In this document: piece after piece, positions 9,714 through 18,816 of the stretch
Layout of the letters: each line of letters begins with the position of its first letter
How positions within the stretch are numbered: the first letter of the stretch is position 1
Source: a candidate division FCPU426 bacterium
Lineage (GTDB): Bacteria; Oederibacteriota; Muellerivitia; Muellerivitales; Muellerivitaceae
Assembly (NCBI GenBank): GCA_963771075.1
Contig: CAVYSE010000017.1
Coordinates: forward strand, 64,001-128,000
Length of the DNA stretch: 64,000 nucleotides
Direction of reading: 5' to 3'
Program-made: the position numbers and the translations under genes
The notes under the pieces: generated by a model
Database searches by the model: none
What the model was told of the DNA's origin: nothing
What the model saw: only the letters and a program-made list of their open reading frames with translations

Positions 9714-11120
9714 ATGTTTCGAAACAATGGTTTTTTAAAATCCCTGGCCTCCATCAAACTGGCCGTCACTTTGTTGGCTTTGCTTATCCTCTCCCTGATC
9801 GTTGCCACTACCCTGGAATCGGTTTATTCCACCGAGGCGGCCCAGGCCATGGTGTACGGTTCCCCTTGGTTCAGCTTTTTGCTCGGGTTTTTGGCCGTCA
9901 ATGTCCTCTCATCGGCACTCATCCGTTATCCCTGGAAAGGGCACCAAGCGGGTTTCTTGATGGCCCACCTGGGGATCCTGGTTATCCTGGCCGGTTCCTG
10001 GGCGACGCGCGCCTTTGGCGTCGACGCCCGGATCTCCCTCGCCGAGGGTATGGCCAGTTCGCAAATACTGGAGAACCGCCCTACTTTCTATTTCCAGGAA
10101 GAGAACCAGCCTTATCAAATACGCCCCCTTTCTTTTCCCTGGTTCAAGCCTTCTCCCCAACACCCCTGTGTTTATTCGCCCCAGGAAGGGGTCACCGTTG
10201 CCTTGGATCAATTCTATCCAAACGCGAAGGGCATCGTGGAGGGACGGCCCGTCGACGCAGGAAAAGGTCCCAGCTTGGCGACGGTTCATGTCAAATTGGA
10301 AGGCTCCATGGCCAACCAGGATTTCTGGCTCTTTCTGGGCCATCCCGGAATGGACCGGCTGGTGTTAGGGCCGGCCGCTGTCGTTTTACAGAAAGCTTCG
10401 CACTGGAACCCTTCCAGCTTCGCGGGGCTGAGCCCCAATATCCTGGCCCTTCTTTTGAACAACGACGGAAGCCTGTCATACCGCATCCGCCGCCGGAGCC
10501 AATGGGAACCCGAGAGGAGCCTACCCAAGGGCCAAGCGGAGGACACCGGTTGGGCGGACATGCGCTTTACCTTGGTCGATTTTCTTCCCAGTGCCCTTCC
10601 GGAAACCATTTACGAACCCCAGCCTTTTGGCCACCAACAATCACCCCAACCCGCCCTTCATTACCGCCTCTCCACCTCGACCGGAGCACAAGAAGGATGG
10701 CTAAGTTATGACGGCAGTTCCTCTATCCACCTAGGCGGGCGTTTTTTCACGCTGGCCTATGGTGAAAAACAATCGGAACTGCCCTTCTCGCTTAAACTCT
10801 TGAAATTTCATGTCGGAATGAATCCCGGGACCGACCAACCGGCTTCCTTCCAAAGCTTGGTTCTCGTTGAAACTCCCGGAAAAGAAATGGGGGCCCCTAT
10901 TACCATCGAAATGAATCATCCCCTCAAGCAGGGCGGCTATGTTTTCTATCAGGCCAGCTATCAACCCATGGATAACGGCGGTTATCTCTCGGTTTTATCC
11001 GTGGCCCGGGATCCAGGAATGGAGCTGAAATACGCCGGTTCCCTGATCCTTGTGGCCGGTATCTCCTTCATGTTTTGGTTCAAGAAAACTCTCACCATTA
11101 AGGATTCCGTCCAAGCCTAG
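9714..11120 (+). CDS. ccsB: Cytochrome c biogenesis protein CcsB/ResB
   Basis: LASIKLAV, VYGSPWF, AHLGILVILAG, IEMNHPL..GYVFYQASY, DPG.ELKYAG. Confidence 0.88.
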   Translation: MFRNNGFLKSLASIKLAVTLLALLILSLIVATTLESVYSTEAAQAMVYGSPWFSFLLGFLAVNVLSSALIRYPWKGHQAGFLMAHLGILVILAGSWATRAFGVDARISLAEGMASSQILENRPTFYFQEENQPYQIRPLSFPWFKPSPQHPCVYSPQEGVTVALDQFYPNAKGIVEGRPVDAGKGPSLATVHVKLEGSMANQDFWLFLGHPGMDRLVLGPAAVVLQKASHWNPSSFAGLSPNILALLLNNDGSLSYRIRRRSQWEPERSLPKGQAEDTGWADMRFTLVDFLPSALPETIYEPQPFGHQQSPQPALHYRLSTSTGAQEGWLSYDGSSSIHLGGRFFTLAYGEKQSELPFSLKLLKFHVGMNPGTDQPASFQSLVLVETPGKEMGAPITIEMNHPLKQGGYVFYQASYQPMDNGGYLSVLSVARDPGMELKYAGSLILVAGISFMFWFKKTLTIKDSVQA

Positions 11121-11308
11121 AATCGTTCCTTATTTCAGGGGATATTCCAGCCCCGGATGCCGGGGGGTGTTTCACCCGAAACCCGTTCAAGTAAAATCCG
11201 ACATCCAACCCATCCGCCAGCGCCTCCCGAATGAAAGTGATATATTGATCCTTCGCCCAGGGGCTAAACCTGTTGAACACAAAATCGGCTTTTGGGAGTG
11301 ACAAGACG

Positions 11309-11518
11309 ATGAATATGAGAATTAACTTGGCCTTGATGCTTGTTTTGAGCCTCATGACGTCCATGGGATGCGGGAACAAGGATGAGGATTAAGGGAGCGG
11401 TGGAAACCCGCCGGCTGTCACGACCCAAATGGAGATGGCTGTCATCAAGGGGAATGTGGTCCTGAACGGCAAGGCCCCGGCCGGGGAAGAGGGCCTATAT
11501 TTCATAAGTATCCTTTGA
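11309..11518 (+). pseudogene. Lipoprotein gene remnant with premature stop
   Basis: GGAG then MNMRINLALMLVLSLMTSMGC (lipobox-like); TAA at 11390-11392; in-frame continuation GSGGNPPAV..VIKGNVVLNGKAP to TGA 11518. Confidence 0.5.
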
Positions 11519-11573
11519 TTCCGGAAAAACAGCCATGGTTTCTGCGAAGCGGAGAGTTCTCGGGCCGGGGCGG

Positions 11574-12611
11574 TCAGTGGTTGAGTTCTTCGATCAGCCT
11601 CTGCCCCAACTCCTCCGCGGAAACGGTGGCTACCCCGAGCTTTTCCACCTCGATGCCCGCCGCGTAGTTGGCCAGGGCGGCCGCCTGCAAGAGGTCGGCC
11701 CCGGCCGTGAGGGCCAAGGTAAGGGTGGCGATGACGGTGTCGCCGGCCCCGGAAACGTCATACACTTCCCGCGCGACGGTCGGAATGGTTCGGGGAGGAC
11801 GGTTTTTCTCGAAGATGGTCATCCCATGCTCGCTGCGGGTTAAAACCACCGATTGGCAATTGAGCCGCTTCATCACTTTAAAACCGATGGACTCAAAAGA
11901 TTCTCCGACCGCCTCCGTGCCCAAAGCCTCGGTCACTTCCTTCATGTTGGGCTTCATGACGGTAACGCCCTTAAATTCGAAGAAGTTATGAAACTTGGGA
12001 TCCACCGTAATGATCATTTTGTGTTTCTTGGCGTAAGCCACGATCTTGCCGATAACCTTCGGGGTCAGAAGCCCCTTGTTGTAATCCTCGAAGATCACCC
12101 CGTCCGCACCCTTCAGGGCTTTCAAGGCCTTTTGAACCACCCTATCTTGTTGTTTCTCGTTGAGGGCCGTTTTCACTTCCCGGTCAATGCGCACGACCTG
12201 CTGGGTATTGGCGATGACGCGGGTTTTCTCGGTCGTCGGACGGTCCGACAGTGCCAAAAGACCGGTCGTATCCACCTTGAGGGCCTTTAATTCCTGGACC
12301 AATTCCCGGCCCGCGGAGTCCCGGCCCATGGCGCCGATGATGGTGGAGTACCCGCCTAAAGCCGTGATATTGGCTGCCACGTTAGCGGCCCCTCCGGGCA
12401 TTTTCTTGTCTTGCTCGTTGATCTCCACTACGGGAATGGGAGCCTCCGGGGAAATGCGGGCGACCGATCCCTTGATGTAGACATCGAGCATCACATCGCC
12501 AATGACCACGATTTTTTTGCGCTGGATCTTTCCGATCAGGGCCAGGAGGGCCGTCTTATCCACGCTGGTCAAGGCTGGAACCTGGAATTTGAAGGTGGGT
12601 TTTTTGGTCAT
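11574..12611 (-). CDS. rfaE1: D-glycero-D-manno-heptose-7-phosphate kinase (RfaE domain I / HldA)
   Basis: GDVMLD, RISPEAPIPV, PGGAANVA, DYNKG, DVSGAGDT. Start 12611 gives TGATG coupling to gmhA. Confidence 0.92.
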   Translation of the reverse strand: MTKKPTFKFQVPALTSVDKTALLALIGKIQRKKIVVIGDVMLDVYIKGSVARISPEAPIPVVEINEQDKKMPGGAANVAANITALGGYSTIIGAMGRDSAGRELVQELKALKVDTTGLLALSDRPTTEKTRVIANTQQVVRIDREVKTALNEKQQDRVVQKALKALKGADGVIFEDYNKGLLTPKVIGKIVAYAKKHKMIITVDPKFHNFFEFKGVTVMKPNMKEVTEALGTEAVGESFESIGFKVMKRLNCQSVVLTRSEHGMTIFEKNRPPRTIPTVAREVYDVSGAGDTVIATLTLALTAGADLLQAAALANYAAGIEVEKLGVATVSAEELGQRLIEELNH

Positions 12612-13180
12612 CAGGGGAACATCGCCGATTCTATAAGTTCGCAAAAGATATGCCCCATCATCATATGGCATTCCTGGATGCGGTCGGTCGGCGAGGCGGG
12701 AACAATGATGGCGATATCGCACTCCTTCGCGATCTTTCCCCCGTCGCGGCCGAGTAAGCCAATGGTGTAAACCTTGTTTTTCTTGGCGGCCAGGATTCCC
12801 TGGTATACGTTTTCGGAATTTCCCGAAGTGGACAGGCCCACGGCCACATCACCTTCCTGGCAAATGCCCTCAATTTGGTGGGAATAAACCAGGTCGTAAC
12901 CGTAATCGTTTCCCAAAGCCGTCAAGGTGGATGTATTGGTATGCAGGGCCAGGGAAAGAAGAGCCCGGCGTCGTTTGCGGTAATCCCCCACCAGTTCGGC
13001 GGCGATATGTTGGGCGTCCGCGGCACTTCCTCCATTGCCGAACCAAACCGCCTTTTTCCCTCTTTTGTAGGCATTGACCAGCGCATCGCCGGCTTTCTCA
13101 ATTTGAGGGAGGCATTTGGCCAGGAGGGTTTGCTTGACTTGAATGCTTTCCTCGATGCGGCCACGGATTTTTTCGATCAT
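12611..13180 (-). CDS. gmhA: Sedoheptulose-7-phosphate isomerase
   Basis: GNGGSAADAQHIAAEL, GNDYG, STSGNSEN, RIQECH; AGGAG RBS before ATG 13180. Confidence 0.95.
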   Translation of the reverse strand: MIEKIRGRIEESIQVKQTLLAKCLPQIEKAGDALVNAYKRGKKAVWFGNGGSAADAQHIAAELVGDYRKRRRALLSLALHTNTSTLTALGNDYGYDLVYSHQIEGICQEGDVAVGLSTSGNSENVYQGILAAKKNKVYTIGLLGRDGGKIAKECDIAIIVPASPTDRIQECHMMMGHIFCELIESAMFP

Positions 13181-13497
13181 TCGGGTCTCCTGATAAATAC
13201 GACGGACCATTTTAACCGGGGGAACCGGGGAATTCCACGGCGCCTTGGTTAGGCGGGTAATATACTTGAACGCCCTTCATGGGCCAATAATAATAAAGGC
13301 CAGCTCCATCTTCACCTCGAAGACGCGAAGAAATGCTTGATAATTGTTAAGGCAAACCCACTTCAAGCCACGGATGCATGGAAACCATTGGATACCAACA
13401 AACATCAAAATCATTTTTCCTTTGCCGGTCGGTTCCCATTTCCATCCCATGAGTCCCATATATCCGCAGCGTTAATCGCTTTTGGATTTTGTGATCC

Positions 13498-14820
13498 GTG
13501 GTAATTCGACCTCCTTCCCCACGATTCTTGTTCCTCAGTTTCTTTCTTTACATCTTTCTGGTCTTTTTCGGCCTCTGCGAGTCGCTCTGGTGGGAAAGGG
13601 ACGAGATTCAGACCTACACGATCGGTTTGAAATGTTATACCACCCACACCTGGCCCTTCTTTGGGCCGGACGTGAACGGTCCGGAAAATCCCGATTTTCA
13701 AAGGCAGCTTCCAGGCGCACTCGAGGGTCTCTTGATCGGGCTCCCCTTTTATCTCTGCCCCATCCCGGAGGCGCCCTTTCTCCTATTGGGCTTATTGAAC
13801 ATACTCGGGGTGGCACTGTTGGCCTGGTATATTCACAGGCGCCTTCCGGCGCTTCCCCAAAGTTGGCTGATGGTTTGGATATGCGTCACCCCCTGGCTGC
13901 TCGAGAAATGCTGCCATATCATCAACCCCGCCTATGACTTCTTCCCCAGCGTTTTATTTTTTATTGGGTTTTTGGAAGCCTTGCCCGAAATGCGGAAGGA
14001 TATTCTCAATTCCTTCTGGGCAAACGCGGCCATGGGTCTTGGAATTTTTTGGATCATGCAAATTCACTTTTCCTATGTTTTCCTGGTTCCCCTGGCCGCT
14101 TATGCCCTTTATACGCAGGCCCGGGAGGGTAAGGCAGGCCTGGCCTTCGGAGCTTTTCTGTGCGGGGCCGCCCCCATGGTTTCGCTCATCCTACCCACCT
14201 GGATTTTGTATGGGTTTGGAAGGTCCGATGTGGCCTCGGGTTTCACCTCGCCTTTTTTCCTGAAAAATGTCCTGACCCTTCCCACCATCCTGGCCCGATA
14301 CCTGTCCCTGGTCTGTTTTGAGATACCCAGGTATATCGCCGAGCACACCACGGAAAGGATCGCCTTTCTCACCCAAAGGCCGTGGCTCTTAATACCCGGC
14401 TTCTTGCTTTGGGCAGGAGGTTGGGTCCAGGCCCTCCTTCTCCTCCTCTACGCTTTTAAGCGTACCGATCCCGATCCCTTTTGGGTTAAAACCCGCAATC
14501 TCACTTTTATTTGTTTTTTCCTGGTCTATGTCAGTTTTTGGTTCACGAGCAAATCCCCCAATTCGCACATCTATCTGGTCTTTTATCCCTTGATCATGTT
14601 TTATTCCTGTTACGTATGGTCCTTTATCGCGAAATATCCAAAAGTGGGTCTGGGGGCCAAGATCCTTGTCGTCAGCGCCCTCTATTTTCAAATCGGCCTG
14701 GCCGTAGGGCATTTCCCGAATTATTCCATGTACGGGGAGGAGCGGCCCAAAGTGGTCCAGGCCTTACAAAAAATGGATTTCCGCATCTTTCACGAACGCC
14801 GCCCGGGAACCCTTTATTAA
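13498..14820 (+). CDS. Polytopic membrane protein, predicted GT-C-fold glycosyltransferase
   Basis: Acidic DE motif after TM1 (WERDEIQTY), many TM helices; clear paralog of 16242-17549. Confidence 0.65.
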   Translation: MVIRPPSPRFLFLSFFLYIFLVFFGLCESLWWERDEIQTYTIGLKCYTTHTWPFFGPDVNGPENPDFQRQLPGALEGLLIGLPFYLCPIPEAPFLLLGLLNILGVALLAWYIHRRLPALPQSWLMVWICVTPWLLEKCCHIINPAYDFFPSVLFFIGFLEALPEMRKDILNSFWANAAMGLGIFWIMQIHFSYVFLVPLAAYALYTQAREGKAGLAFGAFLCGAAPMVSLILPTWILYGFGRSDVASGFTSPFFLKNVLTLPTILARYLSLVCFEIPRYIAEHTTERIAFLTQRPWLLIPGFLLWAGGWVQALLLLLYAFKRTDPDPFWVKTRNLTFICFFLVYVSFWFTSKSPNSHIYLVFYPLIMFYSCYVWSFIAKYPKVGLGAKILVVSALYFQIGLAVGHFPNYSMYGEERPKVVQALQKMDFRIFHERRPGTLY

Positions 14821-14895
14821 TTGGGCCGATTTTTTTCTTCTCCCCGAAAAGTGAAAAGAAAACCCATTCCACTCCATCCGTCAGCCTTCCATTAA

Positions 14896-14924
14896 TTCCA
14901 CTCTTCCATTTACCAGCGTATAAT
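14896..14924 (+). promoter_or_regulatory. Putative sigma70 promoter for nitroreductase
   Basis: TTCCAC-17-TATAAT, 40 bp upstream of ATG 14964. Confidence 0.45.
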
Positions 14925-14963
14925 CAGGGGAAACACAGGGGAGATTTCATCAACGAGGTGACC

Positions 14964-15488
14964 ATGAACTTTACGGATGTTGTAAAAAAAAGGCGTTCAG
15001 TCCGCAACTATGAGGAAAAAAAGATCGTTGAGAAGGACAAATTGAACCAGATACTGGATTCGGCCAATCTCGCCCCCTCCGCGGGGGACAACCAGTGTTT
15101 CGAGATAATCGTCGTGGAAGAGCAATTACTCCTGAATCAGCTATGGGAAAACCTCACGGGCCAAACCTTCGCGCACCCCGCCCACCTGGCGCTGATCTTC
15201 TGCGCCGATGAAAAAAGAAGCGCCGAAATCTACGGTGCCCGCGGCAAGGAACTCTTTTGCACGCAGGACGCCACGATTGCCGCCGCCTACGCCCAACTGG
15301 CCGCCACCGATCTCGGGCTCGCCACGGTCTGGGCCGGTTCCTTCAATGACGCGGAGGTTAAAAAGATCATCCAGGCCCCCGCCCATCTCCGCCCCGTGGT
15401 GATATTGCCCTTGGGCTACGCGGCTGAGGAGCCGCCCCGCACGGTCCGCCGCCAGTTATCCGACATCGTGCACGTGGACCATTTTTAA
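14964..15488 (+). CDS. Nitroreductase family protein
   Basis: KRRSVRNY, APSAGDNQ, LAATDLGLATVW, LPLGY; GAGGTG RBS before ATG 14964. Confidence 0.92.
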   Translation: MNFTDVVKKRRSVRNYEEKKIVEKDKLNQILDSANLAPSAGDNQCFEIIVVEEQLLLNQLWENLTGQTFAHPAHLALIFCADEKRSAEIYGARGKELFCTQDATIAAAYAQLAATDLGLATVWAGSFNDAEVKKIIQAPAHLRPVVILPLGYAAEEPPRTVRRQLSDIVHVDHF

Positions 15489-15539
15489 GGAATCCTTCGA
15501 CCGCCACCGTTCAGAAAACCTTCTTGTGGGGAGCCAGGA

Positions 15540-16160
15540 TTGTTTGACCGCAAATGGCATTGGGAAACGATTTATAAAGATCAAAGGCCCGAGGACGCAA
15601 GTTGGTTCCAACGCGATCCCGACAAATCCCTGGAATTGATCTTCTCGGTGTGCGTTCCCCAGGAGAGCCGCGTGATTGACGTGGGAGGCGGATCTTCCCT
15701 GCTGGTCGATAAGTTGTTGGAAGCGGGTTACCGTAAAATCGTGGTGCTCGACATATCGGAAAAGGCCCTCCAGCACGTCCAAAACCGATTAGGTTCCAAG
15801 GCCAGTCAGGTTTCCTGGATCACCTGCGACTCCACCCAATTCAAGGCCTTGTCTACCTTCGACCTTTGGCACGATCGCGCGGCGTTCCATTTTTTGACCG
15901 AAAAAACGGACCGGGACAAATATATTTCCTGCCTGAGAAGTTCATTGAAAAGGGAAGGATATTTTATTCTGGCTACCTTTTCCATGGATGGACCGGACCG
16001 ATGCAGCCATTTACCGGTGCGGCGTTATGATAAAAGCCTGGTCGTCGCGGAATTGGGGCCCGGTTTTGAGCTGGTAAGGGAAATGGATGAAATTCATAAA
16101 ACGCCATCGGGCAAAGAACAAAATTTCAGCTATTTCATGTTTAAGAAAACGCGGGATTAG
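15540..16160 (+). CDS. Class I SAM-dependent methyltransferase
   Basis: VIDVGGG, LDIS, WHDRAAFHFL, GPDRCS. Confidence 0.9.
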   Translation: MFDRKWHWETIYKDQRPEDASWFQRDPDKSLELIFSVCVPQESRVIDVGGGSSLLVDKLLEAGYRKIVVLDISEKALQHVQNRLGSKASQVSWITCDSTQFKALSTFDLWHDRAAFHFLTEKTDRDKYISCLRSSLKREGYFILATFSMDGPDRCSHLPVRRYDKSLVVAELGPGFELVREMDEIHKTPSGKEQNFSYFMFKKTRD

Positions 16161-16241
16161 GACGAGCTGGCCGTTTTCCCCTTTTTTATCGTTTTGAATC
16201 TTCGAATCCTTTTTTGTTTTAATGTCTTTCAAGGAGCCGTC

Positions 16242-17549
16242 TTGTCCAACCGCGCAAAATTCATATTATTATTCCTTTTTCTCTTCGCTATCCGTCTTTC
16301 ATTCGGGCTGGTTCAAAACTTCTTTGACACCGATGAGATGCAAACCTACCTCATTGGCCTCAAATGCTTCACCACCCACACCTGGCCCTACTTCGGGCCG
16401 GACCTGATCGTAACTGAAACGGGTTTTTATTCCCAAATCCCCGGCCCCTTGGAAGGCCTTTTGATCGGCTTGCCCTTTTATGTCCTGCCCATCCCCGAGG
16501 CCCCCTTTATCCTCTTGAATTTTTTATCCCTAAGCGCTCTGGCGCTCCTGGCCCGCTCCATTTACCGCCGGGTCTCCTCCATTCCCTATCTTTTTATATT
16601 CGCTTTTATTTCCCTGCTTCCCTGGACCCTGCACGAATCCACCAGCATCATTAACCCCACCTATCTTTTATTTGGAAGCACCCTCTTTTTCGTGGGATTC
16701 CTAGAAACCGTCCCGGCCCTATCAACCCATTGGTTCCAACCTCTTTTCGGATTTGCCCTGATGGGATTTGGCCTGTTCTGGGACATGCAGTTTCATTTTT
16801 CCTGGATCCTCCTGCCCCCTTTTGTCCTCTTCGCTTTGATCGCGCGGAAAGAATTAAAATTTCAACCCGTCCTGAAATCCCTACTTTGCTTCACGACCGG
16901 TTTTTTGCCCCTCGCGGCTTTGATTCTTCCGACTTTCATCAAATTCGGTTGGTCCCAGGGTTCCGGCGGAACGGGCACTGCACAGTTTTTTAACCCAGGT
17001 AACTTTTTAGCCTTCTTTACCGTCCTAATCCGGTATTTCTACCTGGCCTGTTATGAACTTCCCCGTTTCGTGGGCCAGCACACCCCGCAAAGGCTGGCAT
17101 TTTTCCGAGAGGCACCCTGGCTCATTCCGCCAGGCGTTTTTCTTCTTTTGATGAGCGCGGTCCAATTCGTTGTTTTGATGGTGGGCGGCTGGAAATTCTG
17201 GAAAAGTGGGAAAAGAACTCCGGTCTATTTGGCCGCGGGGAGCTTCTTCCTGGTCTATTTAAGCTTCTGGTTCACCTACAAGGAACCTCTTGCCCACATT
17301 TACTTTGTGCTAATCCCCCTCATTATCCTCTATTCGTTCCAATGCTATGGCTGGTGGTCGGAAACCAAACTTTGGAGGTGCTTAGGGTTTCTTTGCCTGG
17401 TTGCCAGCGTTTGGTTATGGGTGGGATATGTGGTCCAAGAATTCAAGGCTCCCCTTTCCCTCTATACCCACCGGGAAAAAGTGGTTCAGGCCTTGGGTCA
17501 AATGGATTACCGGATTTTAGGCGAAAGGCGCCCCCAAGCCCTTTATTAA
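16242..17549 (+). CDS. Polytopic membrane protein, predicted GT-C-fold glycosyltransferase (paralog of 13498-14820)
   Basis: FDTDEMQTYLIGLKC, PGPLEGLLIGLP, C-terminal ERRPQALY; AAGGAG before TTG 16242. Confidence 0.65.
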   Translation: MSNRAKFILLFLFLFAIRLSFGLVQNFFDTDEMQTYLIGLKCFTTHTWPYFGPDLIVTETGFYSQIPGPLEGLLIGLPFYVLPIPEAPFILLNFLSLSALALLARSIYRRVSSIPYLFIFAFISLLPWTLHESTSIINPTYLLFGSTLFFVGFLETVPALSTHWFQPLFGFALMGFGLFWDMQFHFSWILLPPFVLFALIARKELKFQPVLKSLLCFTTGFLPLAALILPTFIKFGWSQGSGGTGTAQFFNPGNFLAFFTVLIRYFYLACYELPRFVGQHTPQRLAFFREAPWLIPPGVFLLLMSAVQFVVLMVGGWKFWKSGKRTPVYLAAGSFFLVYLSFWFTYKEPLAHIYFVLIPLIILYSFQCYGWWSETKLWRCLGFLCLVASVWLWVGYVVQEFKAPLSLYTHREKVVQALGQMDYRILGERRPQALY

Positions 17550-17631
17550 TTGGGCATGAATTCAGGTTTAAGCCCAAAGATTTTCCCTGTGTCCCTGGGG
17601 TGAAAGCTTGGATTTGGCTTCTTTATCCTTA

Positions 17632-18816
17632 CTATTGACCCATCGGAGGAAAGCTGGCGTCCACCAGGTCGATATCGATGCTGCCTATCACCAGACTGCT
17701 CTTGATCTTGACCGGAAAATGCCTCGGATCAGTCGATATCCATAGGTCGATATCTCCCGTGTTATGGAAAACCGTGTCTTCCTTTACGATCGGCCTCACC
17801 TTGAAACAATCGAAAGTCCCCGCCGGCACGGTAACGGACTCGCGGCCTCGCACTTCCACGATCAACTGGTAATTCTTTCCGCCCGATTGGGTGGGGATGG
17901 AGTAGGTCTTACCCACTTCGACGGGCAAAAGCCTGAAATAGTAAAAACAGGAGATCAAATCCTGGCTGAAGGGCGCCAGGGGTTTCGTCTCAGGGGGATC
18001 CTGTTTATGCTGATGCCAGAAGGTATGCCCGATCTGGTCATAAAGTTCCAGGTTGGAGGCGTGATAGCCCCCCTCGTTCACGTGATTCTCGAATTTCCAG
18101 GTCAAAAAATTCACCGAGTCGAAATAACTGCTTTGGACGTCCTTGACGGGAAAGAGGGCGCTGAACGGGAAAACGGAGTTGGCCCGGGCGGTCAGGACCA
18201 TACAGGGACGGCCTGCCACGGTGGTGTAGTTTTCCACCTCAAGGGTCGCGTAACCCCCCAGCATGGACAAGGCCCGCACCTCGAATTTCATTTTCTCACC
18301 CGGCCCGAAAGCTTGGTTGATCCTGGGTCGGGGAACCCGGGCGATGGAAAGATCCGGCACGGGGATAGTCGGCTGGGGCGAAAAGAGGCCATTGGTTTTC
18401 TCCTCTGGCGGACGGGTGCCGTTTGAAACTTGGCTTTTGGTTTTGGCCAGGGCAGGCAAATGGATGAGATCGGGTGATTCGTCCGGGTTTAAAATTTTGA
18501 GGCGGGTACCGGGTTTCAATTTTTTCTTGGGAGAGAGATGATTCCACTGGGCAATGGACCTGGCCTGGGAATCGTCCCCGAAAAACAATTCCGATACGGA
18601 ACTGAACGTTTCCCGGGGACGGGTTTTGAACATCACGATGACGGGGGCATCGATTTGCCGGGTCAAATCCTCCGCCACGGGGACGGAGGCTTGTTTACCC
18701 TTGTCCATTCGGGTACTGCCCTTGGCGACGAACAGAAGCGAACAGCCGGATAGGCCCATCATGGCGGAAGCCATCATCAGTGGAACCAAGGCCCGACAGG
18801 CCCCCCTTGAACTCAT
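17632..18816 (-). CDS. Lipoprotein with LysM-like and DUF3108-like domains
   Basis: Lipobox LSGC; LysM-like ETFSSVSELFFGD..IAQWNHL..LKPGTRLKI; C-terminal FGPGEKMKF, VTVPAGTFDC, LWISTD. Confidence 0.8.
   Translation of the reverse strand: MSSRGACRALVPLMMASAMMGLSGCSLLFVAKGSTRMDKGKQASVPVAEDLTRQIDAPVIVMFKTRPRETFSSVSELFFGDDSQARSIAQWNHLSPKKKLKPGTRLKILNPDESPDLIHLPALAKTKSQVSNGTRPPEEKTNGLFSPQPTIPVPDLSIARVPRPRINQAFGPGEKMKFEVRALSMLGGYATLEVENYTTVAGRPCMVLTARANSVFPFSALFPVKDVQSSYFDSVNFLTWKFENHVNEGGYHASNLELYDQIGHTFWHQHKQDPPETKPLAPFSQDLISCFYYFRLLPVEVGKTYSIPTQSGGKNYQLIVEVRGRESVTVPAGTFDCFKVRPIVKEDTVFHNTGDIDLWISTDPRHFPVKIKSSLVIGSIDIDLVDASFPPMGQ

Noticed and set aside
11390..11392. Stop-codon recoding in the lipoprotein remnant
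   Set aside because: The stop is TAA, which ends many genes here, and the tail is short; decay is more likely.
14511..14963. Long N-terminal extension on the nitroreductase
   Set aside because: Overlaps the upstream gene; RBS and promoter-like site support ATG 14964.
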